A DNA stretch of 64,000 bases from Promethearchaeota archaeon (GCA_019058295.1 JAHPZI010000002.1:92076-156075), one strand, 5' to 3'; shown: positions 20,087 to 30,649, numbered from the stretch's first letter. A program made the numbers and translations. The notes: a model not told the origin generated them from the letters alone.

Positions 20087-21556
20087 TCACTCCGGCGGTG
20101 GTAAAATCTCTTTACTTTCAATACTAATGGTCTTAATTTCAGAAATTCTTTTTTCTAACTTAATTTGTCTGAGGTATAGCACCGCAATTAAATAAAATAT
20201 TCCCGTAGATGCTAAGCAAATTGTAAGAATTTCCGAGTTTTCTTGGTTTGATCCCATAAGAATAAATCCTAATAAAAGAGAAGCTATCGCAGGGCCAACT
20301 GAAGCCATAAATGTGAGTAATCCGGTATATGCCCCTGAGATGGAGGATACAGCCTCATCTATATTTTCAGTTTCTTTTTCAATTTTTGCCGCAGCTTCAT
20401 AAACTAATGCGCTATATATTGGTCCCGTAAACAATCCAAACGCGTACATAGACCCTAACACTGTACCCATAGTTACAACAAATAGAATAATCTTAAACTC
20501 AAAAGAAAGTATCTCTATCAAGAAAAAAAGCTCTAAAAACGATGCTATAACCGAAAACGCAATGCAAAGGGAGAATACCTTAATAAGTGTTTGTCTTTCA
20601 CTTATTTTTTTCCAAAAATAATACCATCCAAATTTACAGGTGAATGATACAAAAACATAAATAAAATAGTCAGTTCCTCTAAATTTAAGTACATATATTA
20701 GAAAGGGTATTATTATGAGACCAACTATTCTGCCGGAAATCCCAGTATAGAATCCCACAGCCATAAATTTTCTGAACTTCTTATCCTTTGCAGGAATAAT
20801 CATTTGATGAAAAACCATGCTAATGGATACTTTTTCTACTTCAGTTTCTAAGCTGGCTTTATGAAAACTCTCATTAACTGAGAAAAATGTTATAACTATA
20901 CAAAATAATGCAAAAATAGCAAAAGTAGTTCCAATTAAAGGTATATAAAAAAGTAATATTTTACCTGAAGGCTGCCACCATTTGACATTTTGCGGATCTG
21001 GTAGTATACTTTGAACAACTAAAGGTACGAGTAAGCCTAAAATTGAAGAAATAATAAGCAAAATGGTTCCTGCTGATGCTATTTTCTGTCTGTTTTCCTC
21101 AGTTTGAGATTGTTCTGGGAACATCGATGCATGAGCTATTATAATTGATGTTCCAGCTATTGGTTTTATTATGATAATGATCCAAAAATATATTGCCGTA
21201 GGCCAAAACATTGAATTATTTTTTGGACAATACCAAGGTGGAAGCCAAAGTAAAATACTTACTACAACCCAAATTGGAAGCCCATAAAATAAATATGGTC
21301 GACGTTTTCCAAATTTTCCAGGTTTTTTATTATCAATAATGACTCCCCAAATAATCGAACATAACGCAGCAATGATCAATTGAATAGCTAATCCGATCGA
21401 AACAAGTAAAGAGTTTAAATTAATTGTATATACATAATATTGAAAGACAAATACACCACTTAACATATTTGTTAAAGAGACTCCAAAACCTCCTATAATA
21501 TAGCCAAGAAGTCGTTTTCCATGTAATTCTCGTGGGGCTATTATTGTCTCACTCAT
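20087..21556 (-). CDS. MFS transporter (GPH/MFS_2 family), paralog 1
   Basis: About 12 TM helices; GVIIDNKKPGKFGKRRPY motif. Confidence 0.9.
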   Translation of the reverse strand: MSETIIAPRELHGKRLLGYIIGGFGVSLTNMLSGVFVFQYYVYTINLNSLLVSIGLAIQLIIAALCSIIWGVIIDNKKPGKFGKRRPYLFYGLPIWVVVSILLWLPPWYCPKNNSMFWPTAIYFWIIIIIKPIAGTSIIIAHASMFPEQSQTEENRQKIASAGTILLIISSILGLLVPLVVQSILPDPQNVKWWQPSGKILLFYIPLIGTTFAIFALFCIVITFFSVNESFHKASLETEVEKVSISMVFHQMIIPAKDKKFRKFMAVGFYTGISGRIVGLIIIPFLIYVLKFRGTDYFIYVFVSFTCKFGWYYFWKKISERQTLIKVFSLCIAFSVIASFLELFFLIEILSFEFKIILFVVTMGTVLGSMYAFGLFTGPIYSALVYEAAAKIEKETENIDEAVSSISGAYTGLLTFMASVGPAIASLLLGFILMGSNQENSEILTICLASTGIFYLIAVLYLRQIKLEKRISEIKTISIESKEILPPPE

Positions 21557-21645
21557 GTCTTGTTAAATATGGAATTAATTATTATCTTTATGATTCTGAA
21601 AAGGTAAAATGTTAAATTATTAAAAAAGCGAGTATTTTAATCTTT

Positions 21646-23115
21646 TTATACTGGTGCAACTGTTCTCGAAATCTTTTTACTTTCAATAGTAGTATCAATG
21701 TCAAATATACTTCTTTCTATTTTAATTCGTCCAAGAATTAACATACTAATTAAGTAAAATATACCCATGGAACATAAACATAGAGTAATAATTGTAGGAT
21801 TCTCTGAATTTGGCCCCATAAGAAAAATCCCTACCATAACAGTAGCAGAGGCTTGACCAACCGACATCATAAAACTCATTATTCCTAAATAAGATCCAGA
21901 AAGTTCGGAGACCGCTTTATCCTTATCATTATTTTCAACTTTATCTGCAGCTTCGTAAATTAAGATAGCTGATAATGGCGTTGCAAACAATCGAAAGGAA
22001 TATATACTTCCAAGCACTGTGCCTATAGTTATAACAAATAGAATCATCTTAAACTCATAAGAAAGTATATTAATTAAAAAGAACACCTCTAAAAATGATG
22101 CAATAATGGAGCTAACGATGCATAGCGAATACATCTTAATAAGGGATTGTTTTTCTTTTTCAAGAATCTTTTTCCAAATAAAAAACCATCCAAACTTACA
22201 GAAAATTGAAATAAGAATATAAATATAAAATTCATTTCCCTTAAATCTTAGCACAAAAGCAAGAAAAGGTATCACCAAAATACCTAAGATTCTGCCTCCA
22301 ATACTATTAAAATATCTTACAGCCAGATACTTTCTATACTTTTTATCCTTGGCAGGAATTACCATTTGTTGAAAAGTAGCCAAAATTGATTTTTTTTTCA
22401 TTTCAGTGTCTAAAGAGGTATTATGAAAGCTCTCATCTACAGAAAAAAATGTTAAGATTAATGAAATTACTCCAAAAATAGCAAATGCGATGCTTATCAA
22501 TGGCATATAAAAAAGAAGTACTTTTCCAGAAGGCTCCCACCATTTAACGGCGGTTGGATCCTCAAGAATGCTCTGAATGATCAATGGGAGTAAAGTAGCC
22601 AAAATTGAGGCAATGATCGTGAAAAGAGTATTCATTGATGCTACACTTTTTCTGTTATTGTGCGTTTGAGACTGTTCAGGTAGCATTGATATGTGGGCTG
22701 TCAAGATTAAAGTCCCTGATATTGAATTTAAAATGATTACTACACAAAAATAAATCGCTGTAGGCAAAAAAATTGAATTGTTCTTTGGACAATACCAAGG
22801 AGGGAGCCATATTAAGATACTAGTTAAAACCCAAATAGGTAATCCATAGATTAAAAAAGGTCGACGTTTTCCGAATCGCCCCGGCTTTTTATTATCTGTC
22901 ATTACTCCGAATATAATTGAAAACACCGCCGCGAGAATTAAACGAATAGCAATACCGATAGAAACAAGTAATGAATTTAAATTGACTGTGTAAACGTAGA
23001 ATTGAAAGGCAAATACGGAAATTAAGAGATTAGTTAAAAATAGTCCAAAAAATCCTACAGAATATCCAAATAATTTTGTTCCATGTAATTCTCGAGGTTG
23101 TATTATCTCACTCAT
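21646..23115 (-). CDS. MFS transporter (GPH/MFS_2 family), paralog 2
   Basis: DNKKPGRFGKRRPF motif. ATG 23115 (MSEIIQPRELHG) gives 489 aa, the same length as paralog 1. Confidence 0.9.
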   Translation of the reverse strand: MSEIIQPRELHGTKLFGYSVGFFGLFLTNLLISVFAFQFYVYTVNLNSLLVSIGIAIRLILAAVFSIIFGVMTDNKKPGRFGKRRPFLIYGLPIWVLTSILIWLPPWYCPKNNSIFLPTAIYFCVVIILNSISGTLILTAHISMLPEQSQTHNNRKSVASMNTLFTIIASILATLLPLIIQSILEDPTAVKWWEPSGKVLLFYMPLISIAFAIFGVISLILTFFSVDESFHNTSLDTEMKKKSILATFQQMVIPAKDKKYRKYLAVRYFNSIGGRILGILVIPFLAFVLRFKGNEFYIYILISIFCKFGWFFIWKKILEKEKQSLIKMYSLCIVSSIIASFLEVFFLINILSYEFKMILFVITIGTVLGSIYSFRLFATPLSAILIYEAADKVENNDKDKAVSELSGSYLGIMSFMMSVGQASATVMVGIFLMGPNSENPTIITLCLCSMGIFYLISMLILGRIKIERSIFDIDTTIESKKISRTVAPV

Positions 23116-23239
23116 GATGTGTAAAATACACAATTAAATAATATCTTTTTGATTCTGAACAAGAAAAAGTCTATAAAAAATGGATTGAATTTATATATTC
23201 TATAAAAGTGTTAAAAAACATAAATTATATGTCTAATTA

Positions 23240-23560
23240 TCAAAATTCATTAAATTCTTCTTTCAAAATACTTTTATATTCAAGTTCTTCATCTATGGAT
23301 TCATCATCTTCAGATTCTGAGTATTTATCACATGGAGATTCTTTATCAAAAATCGTTAGAAATAATATTATTAAATTAGAAATATTGACATAGCAATCTC
23401 GGCAATTTTTATATTTAAATAATTCATTAACAAGCTCAGAAATTAATTTGAATTTACATTTCTGAACTTTTTCCTTATCTAATTTGTATAATTCATGAAA
23501 TCTAAGGGTACTTTCCAATTTTTTTAGATATTTTTTCTCACAAAATTGTGTCGAATTCAA
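23240..23560 (-). CDS. Hypothetical protein with CxxC and acidic C-terminus
   Basis: TTG start preceded by GGGATGA; fills the intergenic gap; no family recognised. Confidence 0.55.
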   Translation of the reverse strand: MNSTQFCEKKYLKKLESTLRFHELYKLDKEKVQKCKFKLISELVNELFKYKNCRDCYVNISNLIILFLTIFDKESPCDKYSESEDDESIDEELEYKSILKEEFNEF

Positions 23561-23752
23561 TTATCATCCCTTTCTTATTTAATATCATTCTGAGTTTTTA
23601 ATATCCACAAATTCATCAAAATCAAGATGAAACCTAGTAATTATTTTTAAATTAAAAAAAAAGATTAAAAAAAAGAATAATATCGTAGTATCACACGAGA
23701 GTAAGTCCTTTATTAAAAAGAAAATGAATTAAATTTTTTCCAAAGGATTTAT

Positions 23753-25669
23753 TTATAAAAATTCCTCGGGAGATATTTCTTCTTTTTTATATTTTTCTTT
23801 AAGACTTAAAAGTTTCTCTCTTTCATCATAAAGTATAGTCCAGAAAAATTCAGGAACGTTTTCTTCTTTCTTGAACATCGTTTCTATTCTTTCTAACTTT
23901 TCTAACATTTTAGTCACTCGAATTGCAAATTGTTCCATGTATTCTTCCTTGGTATAATCTTTCTCCAAATATTCGTTAAACAGTTCTTTCAAATCCTCAT
24001 ATTTCGGAATGTACCCTACTGGCGTCTCAATTGCCTCAAAATCTCCATGAAATCGTCCTTCTGCCCAAATAACCCAACATAACTTATCTAACATGCCGTT
24101 TAAATACTTACCATCCTGATTTTTAAGAAAATAATTAGTGGCGAACACTCTAGGGCAATGTTCTAACGAATTTCCAAATATCTGATGATTTTCTAAATAT
24201 TTCCGTAGTGGTATTACAATGAAATCTAAGTTGGCCATTGGCTGCTGTACCCTTACTCCAACTGCCCCAAGAGTTGCGGATGTTGTTTCTGATTCAATAG
24301 ACGCCCCCAAAAATATACCATGTTCCCAATTAAGGCTTTCAAGGATCGGTGGCATTGTATCACTATCTCTTCCACCATAGAAGATACCATGGACAGGTAC
24401 ACCATCTGGATTATGTAAATTTTCGTCAGCATTTTTTAATTCCTCGATTCGAAGAGTATATCTTGCATTTGGATGAGCATGCGGAATTTCTTTACCATCC
24501 TTATCTTTCTTCCCCTTATACCATTCTCCTGAAAAATTTTCACCCTTATCGGGAATTTGCCTTCCATCACCAATCCAATAAGGTGTTCCTTCTTTTATTA
24601 ATACATTTGAGAAGATTATTTCTCTAGGATTAGTAATAGCATCCCAAATATATGGATCATCTTCAGGATTTACATCTCTGATAATTCCAAAAAGGCCTTG
24701 CTCAATATTGACAACATGAGCATAGCCATCGTCCCATGGTCTGAGGTAAACGATGTCATCCCCTAGTACGGTTTGTCCAGGGAGCATTGCTGTGCTTGTT
24801 TTACCACATGCACTTGGATACGCTCCACAAAAGTATGACACTCGATTTTTTCCTTTAGGATGAACTCCTAAAATGAAATAATGCTCTGTCAACCAATCTT
24901 CATTATTAGCTTGGTTAATTGCTAGCCTTAATGCAAGCTTCTTTAAACCCAAACTATTACCAGCATATTGATTATTTACCGATAAAACGCGATCTTCGTT
25001 TAAATCTACATAAATCCTACGTTTATCTAAATTTTTTGAAACTGGAGGATTTCCTATAAGCTCTCCAGAAGAATGAATGAAATAAAAGAAATCATTAGAA
25101 CCATTCAACTTTTTAAATTCCTCATAAGCTTTTCGATATAAAATATCCTCACTATGACATACATAAAGGGAATCTGTCAATTGCAATGCAAGAATTGAAA
25201 ATTTAGAGTTAATAGGACCTAAACAAAAGAATCGAACAATACATTCGTTTCCTCTCATACAACCATCCATTATTTCCAAAATCTCTTTCAACCCTTCATC
25301 TCTGTCAATAGTATTAATCCAAGGACTTTCATATTCACCTTTCGGGACCAATATTCTTGTGTTTGTTTTATCTCTGGCTTGATCGTGATAACCCATTGTA
25401 GAGAACGCATCGTAATGGATTGTATGGCCATCTATGGATAATTTAGCTTCTTCACCAATTTCGATTGCCCTTTGCCTTACATAATCAATATCTTCTTGGG
25501 AATCAGTAATCACGGTAACTTTGCTGGGTTTACAAAGAGATACAAATTCGTTCACAATCTTTAAAACGTGCTCGTTATTCAAAGCATATAGTTTATCGAG
25601 ACTCTCTTGGTCTATAACATCAGAGTCAATATTGATCGACAAATCTTTTACTCCATACATTCTGATCAA
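23753..25669 (-). CDS. pckG: Phosphoenolpyruvate carboxykinase (GTP)
   Basis: YAGNSLGLKK, WLTEH, GAYPSACGKTSTAM, GDDI, HPNARY and YGGRDSDT motifs; exact start uncertain. Confidence 0.95.
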   Translation of the reverse strand: MIRMYGVKDLSINIDSDVIDQESLDKLYALNNEHVLKIVNEFVSLCKPSKVTVITDSQEDIDYVRQRAIEIGEEAKLSIDGHTIHYDAFSTMGYHDQARDKTNTRILVPKGEYESPWINTIDRDEGLKEILEIMDGCMRGNECIVRFFCLGPINSKFSILALQLTDSLYVCHSEDILYRKAYEEFKKLNGSNDFFYFIHSSGELIGNPPVSKNLDKRRIYVDLNEDRVLSVNNQYAGNSLGLKKLALRLAINQANNEDWLTEHYFILGVHPKGKNRVSYFCGAYPSACGKTSTAMLPGQTVLGDDIVYLRPWDDGYAHVVNIEQGLFGIIRDVNPEDDPYIWDAITNPREIIFSNVLIKEGTPYWIGDGRQIPDKGENFSGEWYKGKKDKDGKEIPHAHPNARYTLRIEELKNADENLHNPDGVPVHGIFYGGRDSDTMPPILESLNWEHGIFLGASIESETTSATLGAVGVRVQQPMANLDFIVIPLRKYLENHQIFGNSLEHCPRVFATNYFLKNQDGKYLNGMLDKLCWVIWAEGRFHGDFEAIETPVGYIPKYEDLKELFNEYLEKDYTKEEYMEQFAIRVTKMLEKLERIETMFKKEENVPEFFWTILYDEREKLLSLKEKYKKEEISPEEFL

Positions 25670-25712
25670 AATTATTATTGAATCGTTAATATATTTTTTA
25701 AAAAATTTTTAG

Positions 25713-25733
25713 ATCCACATAAAATATGTGGAT
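25713..25733. promoter_or_regulatory. Palindromic operator candidate ATCCACATA-AAA-TATGTGGAT upstream of pckG
   Basis: Perfect 9-bp arms with a 3-nt spacer. Confidence 0.55.
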
Positions 25734-25922
25734 AATTATTTAAAAAATTTATGGGAACCATAAAAGATTTCTAAGATTTTCATCAAAAAATGAACATTTT
25801 TCAAAATATTATTTTCTCATATTAAAACTTATTGTTTCACATTGAACAATTTTTTATAAAAAAATAAAATAATGGGGAAAGATTGCAAAATTAATAGGAA
25901 TTGATTTTAATTTATATTTCGA

Positions 25923-27563
25923 TTATCGCTTGGAATGCTTCTTTTGGTAATAAATTACACCGACGCCTAAGATTCCAAGCAAGATAATAAATAGAATTAT
26001 GGGATTAAAACTTTCCTCACCGTTATCTCCTCCTCCATCATCATCATCCGTGCTTGGAATTTGCCCATATGGTTGAGATACTCCAGAACTGCCAAGCTTA
26101 AATCTCCAGAGGTCATTCAACCATCCAAAATCACCTAAATCGTCATAAGCATGACCTCCGAATAACCATAAATTTCCGTCCGTACCCGTCCAAGAAACTG
26201 AAAAATATCTAGCTCCCGGATAATTCGCCTTATCAGGAACTCCCTTCGTGCCATATACGCCATTTTGATTTGTGGTTTTATTTCCTGACATCCACGCCCA
26301 CTCCTTTGAGGTGATGTTAAATCTCCAGAGGTCATTCAGATACCCAGAACCGAATCCGGAATAACCCAAACCTCCAAATAACCATAAATTTCCATCCATA
26401 TCTGTCCCAGAAACAGGATTATATCTACCTCCCGGATAATTCGCCACATCAGGAACTCCCTTCGTGCCATATATGCCATTTTGATTTATGGTTTTTTTCC
26501 CTGACATCCATGCCCACTCCTTTGAGGTGATGCTAAATCTCCAGAGGTCATTCAGATATCCAGAACCACCTGATTCGGGATAACCATCTCCTCCGAATAA
26601 CCATAAATTTTCATCCATATCTGTCCAAGAAACAGAACCCTTTCGACCTCCTGGATAATTCGCACTATCAGGAGCTTCCTTCGTGCCGTATACGCCATTT
26701 TCATCTGTGGTTTTATTCCCTGAGATCCACGTCCATTTCTTTGAGGTGATGGTAAATCTCCAGAGGTCATTCAGCTGTCCAAAATCACCTGATTCGTTAT
26801 AACCAAGACCTCCGAATAACCATAAATTTTCATCCGTATCTGTCCAAGAAACAGAATCCTCTCGACCTCCTGGATAATTTGCCCTATCTGGAACCTCCTC
26901 CGTGCCATATACGCCATTTTGATTTATGGTTTTATTCCCTGAGATCCACGTCCATTCCTTTGAGGTGATGCTAAATCTCCAGAGGTCATTAAGATATCCA
27001 TTAATTAAACCTGATTCGGGAAGACCATCTCCTCCAAATAACCATAAATCTCCATAAGTATCCCTCCAAGAAACAGAACCCTTTCGACCTCCCGGATAAT
27101 TTGCCCTATCAGGAACTCCCTTCGTGCCATATACGCCATTTTGATTTGTGGTTTTATTCCCTGAGATCCACGTCCATTCCTTTGAGGTGATGGTAAATCT
27201 CCAGAGGTCATTCAGATACCCCCAACTACCTGATTCGGGAAGACCAATACCTCCGAATAACCATAAATTTCCGTCCGTATCCGTCCAAGAAACAGGTCTA
27301 TCTCTAGCTCCCGGATAATACGCCATATCAGGAACGTCATATACCCCATTTTCATCTATGGTTTTATTCCCTGACATCCACGTCCAACTATAGGTCGCTC
27401 CATTACAATATGGTGTGCTTAAGGAGCCTGTTTTCTTGGACCCTATGACAACATCAGCAGAGAAAGTTATTGAGATAATTGATGTTGTTAATGCCGTGAA
27501 GCACAAAACAAGGACAAAATTTAACCCTCTCACTTTACTCTGATATGTATTTAAGTTAGACAT
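25923..27563 (-). CDS. Membrane-anchored kelch-repeat (six-bladed beta-propeller) surface protein
   Basis: N-terminal hydrophobic signal, six ~73-aa repeats (LWLFGG...LNDLWRF...W), acidic/Gly linker, C-terminal TM helix and basic tail. Confidence 0.88.
   Translation of the reverse strand: MSNLNTYQSKVRGLNFVLVLCFTALTTSIISITFSADVVIGSKKTGSLSTPYCNGATYSWTWMSGNKTIDENGVYDVPDMAYYPGARDRPVSWTDTDGNLWLFGGIGLPESGSWGYLNDLWRFTITSKEWTWISGNKTTNQNGVYGTKGVPDRANYPGGRKGSVSWRDTYGDLWLFGGDGLPESGLINGYLNDLWRFSITSKEWTWISGNKTINQNGVYGTEEVPDRANYPGGREDSVSWTDTDENLWLFGGLGYNESGDFGQLNDLWRFTITSKKWTWISGNKTTDENGVYGTKEAPDSANYPGGRKGSVSWTDMDENLWLFGGDGYPESGGSGYLNDLWRFSITSKEWAWMSGKKTINQNGIYGTKGVPDVANYPGGRYNPVSGTDMDGNLWLFGGLGYSGFGSGYLNDLWRFNITSKEWAWMSGNKTTNQNGVYGTKGVPDKANYPGARYFSVSWTGTDGNLWLFGGHAYDDLGDFGWLNDLWRFKLGSSGVSQPYGQIPSTDDDDGGGDNGEESFNPIILFIILLGILGVGVIYYQKKHSKR
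26100..27386 (-). repeat. Six tandem ~219-bp intragenic repeats encoding kelch blades
   Basis: Recurrent DNA blocks such as aaatctccagaggtcatt and aataaccataaat. Confidence 0.93.
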
Positions 27564-27821
27564 TATTTTTCTGTTTCTGAATTATTATCTAGATTTTATT
27601 ATTATTATTAAATTTTTAAGTATGATCAATAAAGAATAGATCTCGTTTTTAGTTTTCTTTTACGCTCGGAATGATGAGGATGGGGTATTCAAGGTAGTAT
27701 GATATTCTAATAGAAATAAAAAAATTTTAAATGTTGAGACACAGCAAACCAATTCCTATCGACACAGAAATATGAGTATCCTCTTTCAAATATTTATTTT
27801 GAATAATAAAATTAGCTTTCT

Positions 27822-28832
27822 TTATGGTTCTACAATAATTTTTATCTCTTTAGTATCGGGTTTTATAGCTTCTTGAAAACCTTCTTCCACTATATCATCT
27901 AAAGAAATAATTTTTGTAACAATTGGTTCAGGATCAATAAGCTTTTTAGCAACTAATTCTACAGCATACTCAAAATCTTTTTGATGATATGCATAGACAC
28001 ACTGAATTTTATTATGGTTCATAATAAAAGGAAGATAACTTATTTCAAAGGGAGTATCAGAAACACCCACTTGAACTACCGTTCCTCCCTTGCGTACTAA
28101 GCTAGAAGTTGCATTTATCGCGGCAGGTCTTCCCGTGCATTCAAAAACAAAGTCAGCACCGCGCCGTTCTGTCGCACCTTTCACCTTCCCTATAATAGTT
28201 TTGTTTAGAGCAACATCTGGATTAAATTTCTTCGCAACTTCAAGCCGATGTTTATTTTTCTCTATAACGATTAGTTTTCGCGCTCCAGATATCTTTAAGA
28301 TCTGCATTAAGAATTGTCCAATTGTTCCCAAACCTAATACAACCGCGGATTCCCCAGTTATAAAGGGTCCTTCTCTAACAGCTAACAAACCTGTAGCTAT
28401 TTGGTCATAAACTGTACCGTGCTTATCCGGAATTGTGTCAGGGAGGGGAACAAGACTTGATGCTGGGACGGAGGCATATTCAGTGAAGCCACCATTTTTA
28501 AATAGTCCAAACCCTTCAAATTCGGCCTCACATATATTCGTGTAACCTTTCAGACACCAATAACATTTTCCACATGGCATTACAGGATTAATAACTACTC
28601 GATCTCCAACTTTCCATTTTTTTACATTAGGACCGAACTCTTCAATTACACCACAGGCTTCATGTCCCATCACTACAGGTACGGGATATAATCCTGTTTT
28701 ATAACCTTCGAGGTCTGACCCGCAAATTCCGGCATATTTTATTTTAACTAAAACTTCATCAGCTTTAGGAATGGGTTTTGGAATATCAACAATTCGAATT
28801 GTTTCTTTTCCTTCATATAATGCTGCTTTCAT
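27822..28832 (-). CDS. Zn-dependent alcohol dehydrogenase (MDR; butanediol/threonine dehydrogenase-like)
   Basis: GICGSDL, GHEACG, CGKCYWC..C and GLGTIG motifs; true start MKAALY at 28832 with GAGGT upstream. Confidence 0.9.
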   Translation of the reverse strand: MKAALYEGKETIRIVDIPKPIPKADEVLVKIKYAGICGSDLEGYKTGLYPVPVVMGHEACGVIEEFGPNVKKWKVGDRVVINPVMPCGKCYWCLKGYTNICEAEFEGFGLFKNGGFTEYASVPASSLVPLPDTIPDKHGTVYDQIATGLLAVREGPFITGESAVVLGLGTIGQFLMQILKISGARKLIVIEKNKHRLEVAKKFNPDVALNKTIIGKVKGATERRGADFVFECTGRPAAINATSSLVRKGGTVVQVGVSDTPFEISYLPFIMNHNKIQCVYAYHQKDFEYAVELVAKKLIDPEPIVTKIISLDDIVEEGFQEAIKPDTKEIKIIVEP

Positions 28833-28858
28833 TTTTTCTCTTACCTCATGAAGATAAT

Positions 28859-30649
28859 TTATTTTTTGACTGTTACTAATTCGATAACTTCTTCTTTTTT
28901 CTTTACTTCGCGTTTCCAACTTCCCGGATTATAAGCTTCTTTTGCCAAGTAATCCATTACAGTATTTACTTTAGGATTCACTCGTACATCTATAATCGCA
29001 GGAAGGCCAGAATCAAAAGCTCGTTTTAGAGCTGGGCGAATTTCGTTTGGATCTATTACCAATTCTCCGTAACAATTAAAAGCTTCGGCATATTTATCAT
29101 ATCTCGTTTCATCGCTTAAAGATGAACCTAAGCCAAAATATTTTCTTCCATGAGCTATTCGTTGACTTCTAGCGACCATTCCCCATAATCTATCATTACT
29201 TATAACAACTACAAATGGAAGATCATGCCTGCGAGCCGTATCAATTTCCTTTCCATTGAATAAAAATGACCCGTCACCAGTTAAGACTAGTACTTTCCTA
29301 TCAGGATAAACATATTTTGTAGCAATAGCTATTGGAACGCCGCCACCGAGATGTTGAATACCAAAACTTCCAGAAAAAAATAATGACTTTGGAAAATAGG
29401 GTTTTAAGCCAGTAAGTCCCCAAATTGTAGTATCTCCCCCATCAAGAATGATAAATCCATCTTCGGGCATGAATTCACTGATTTCTTTTACCAAACGCTG
29501 AGGATGGATGGGAACCTTATCGTTAGATCCGTCTCTTTCAACTCGCTCGTAAAACTTTTTTACTTCGGCTTGCACGGTTTTAACCCAAAGGATTTCAGGT
29601 CTTGGGGTACTAATTTTTGATTTTGTTATATTAATCATTTGAGTTAGAACCCCTTTTACATCTCCAACAATCGGTACATCGATAGCTCGATTTCTTCCAA
29701 TCTCTTCGGCTTTTATATCTACTTGTATAATTTTCGCATTGTCATTGAAACATGGCATATAACCATAATTCATCATTTCTGTAATTCTTGCTCCTAATAT
29801 AAGGATTACATCAGCTTTTTGAAGCAATGATGTTCCAGGACCATCTAAAGGACTTGCCAAACCAAAGTAGAGGGGATGATCAGGAGGAATACAGCCAAGC
29901 CCATAACCCCACATTCCTACAGGAATTTGTGCTAATTCTGCAAATTCCACAATTTCCTTGGAAGCTCCTGAAAAGTTGGTTCCTGTACCTGCCATGATTA
30001 AAGGACTCTTGGCATTTAATAGAAGATCTAAAGCTTTTGTTACCATTTCTTCATTTCCATATGGACCGTTGAAAGCGCGAAGAGTTTTAACGGGTTTGAA
30101 TGCTTGTTGTATTATATCTAATTCGTCGTCACATTCTTTTACCATCACATCGAAAGGTACAAGCAAAAGTACTGGTCCAGGACGTCCAGTTGAAGCTATT
30201 CTAAATGCCATGTTGATATAATCTGGTAATCGAGCCGTTTCATAGCAGTACCCCGCCCATTTTGTTACTGGTCTGAAGCTCGGAATTACGTCTATCTCAT
30301 TTGCAGCTAACTTTTCAAAATCCATCATTGGTGTCGAACTACATAGAGCAACTAAAGGGATGCTTGCGTCCCATGCTATAGGAATTGAAGGGAATAAATC
30401 CGTAATTCCAGGACCAGATTGGACTGAACAAACACCAACTTTACCCGTAGCTAAATAGTAGCCCATAGCAGCATGCCCCGTTGCTTGTTCATGACGGAAA
30501 TCAATCAAATCAATGCCCATTTCAGTACACTCTTTATCATGGCAGTAATTATAGATATAATCGTTATCTCCACATAGAGTCCAAATAACTTTTACTCCTT
30601 GATTGCTTAAAGCGCGAACAATTAGTTGGGCACCGTTTACATTAACCAT
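28859..30649 (-). CDS. ThDP-dependent enzyme (acetolactate synthase/2-hydroxyacyl-CoA lyase family)
   Basis: RHEQ, SGPG, GRPGPV and GDGSF...SND motifs. Confidence 0.88.
   Translation of the reverse strand: MVNVNGAQLIVRALSNQGVKVIWTLCGDNDYIYNYCHDKECTEMGIDLIDFRHEQATGHAAMGYYLATGKVGVCSVQSGPGITDLFPSIPIAWDASIPLVALCSSTPMMDFEKLAANEIDVIPSFRPVTKWAGYCYETARLPDYINMAFRIASTGRPGPVLLLVPFDVMVKECDDELDIIQQAFKPVKTLRAFNGPYGNEEMVTKALDLLLNAKSPLIMAGTGTNFSGASKEIVEFAELAQIPVGMWGYGLGCIPPDHPLYFGLASPLDGPGTSLLQKADVILILGARITEMMNYGYMPCFNDNAKIIQVDIKAEEIGRNRAIDVPIVGDVKGVLTQMINITKSKISTPRPEILWVKTVQAEVKKFYERVERDGSNDKVPIHPQRLVKEISEFMPEDGFIILDGGDTTIWGLTGLKPYFPKSLFFSGSFGIQHLGGGVPIAIATKYVYPDRKVLVLTGDGSFLFNGKEIDTARRHDLPFVVVISNDRLWGMVARSQRIAHGRKYFGLGSSLSDETRYDKYAEAFNCYGELVIDPNEIRPALKRAFDSGLPAIIDVRVNPKVNTVMDYLAKEAYNPGSWKREVKKKEEVIELVTVKK

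Noticed and set aside
26135-27211. Three similar short ORFs (MTSGDL...) on the minus strand
   Set aside because: They are alternative-frame shadows of the kelch repeats.
26100-27386. Periodic DNA repeats as a CRISPR array or DGR TR/VR
   Set aside because: The period is ~219 bp and in frame within one protein; no cas or reverse transcriptase gene is in the window.
27660-27790. Possible C/D-box sRNA (ATGATGA at 27671)
   Set aside because: No CTGA D box at a suitable distance and no terminal stem.
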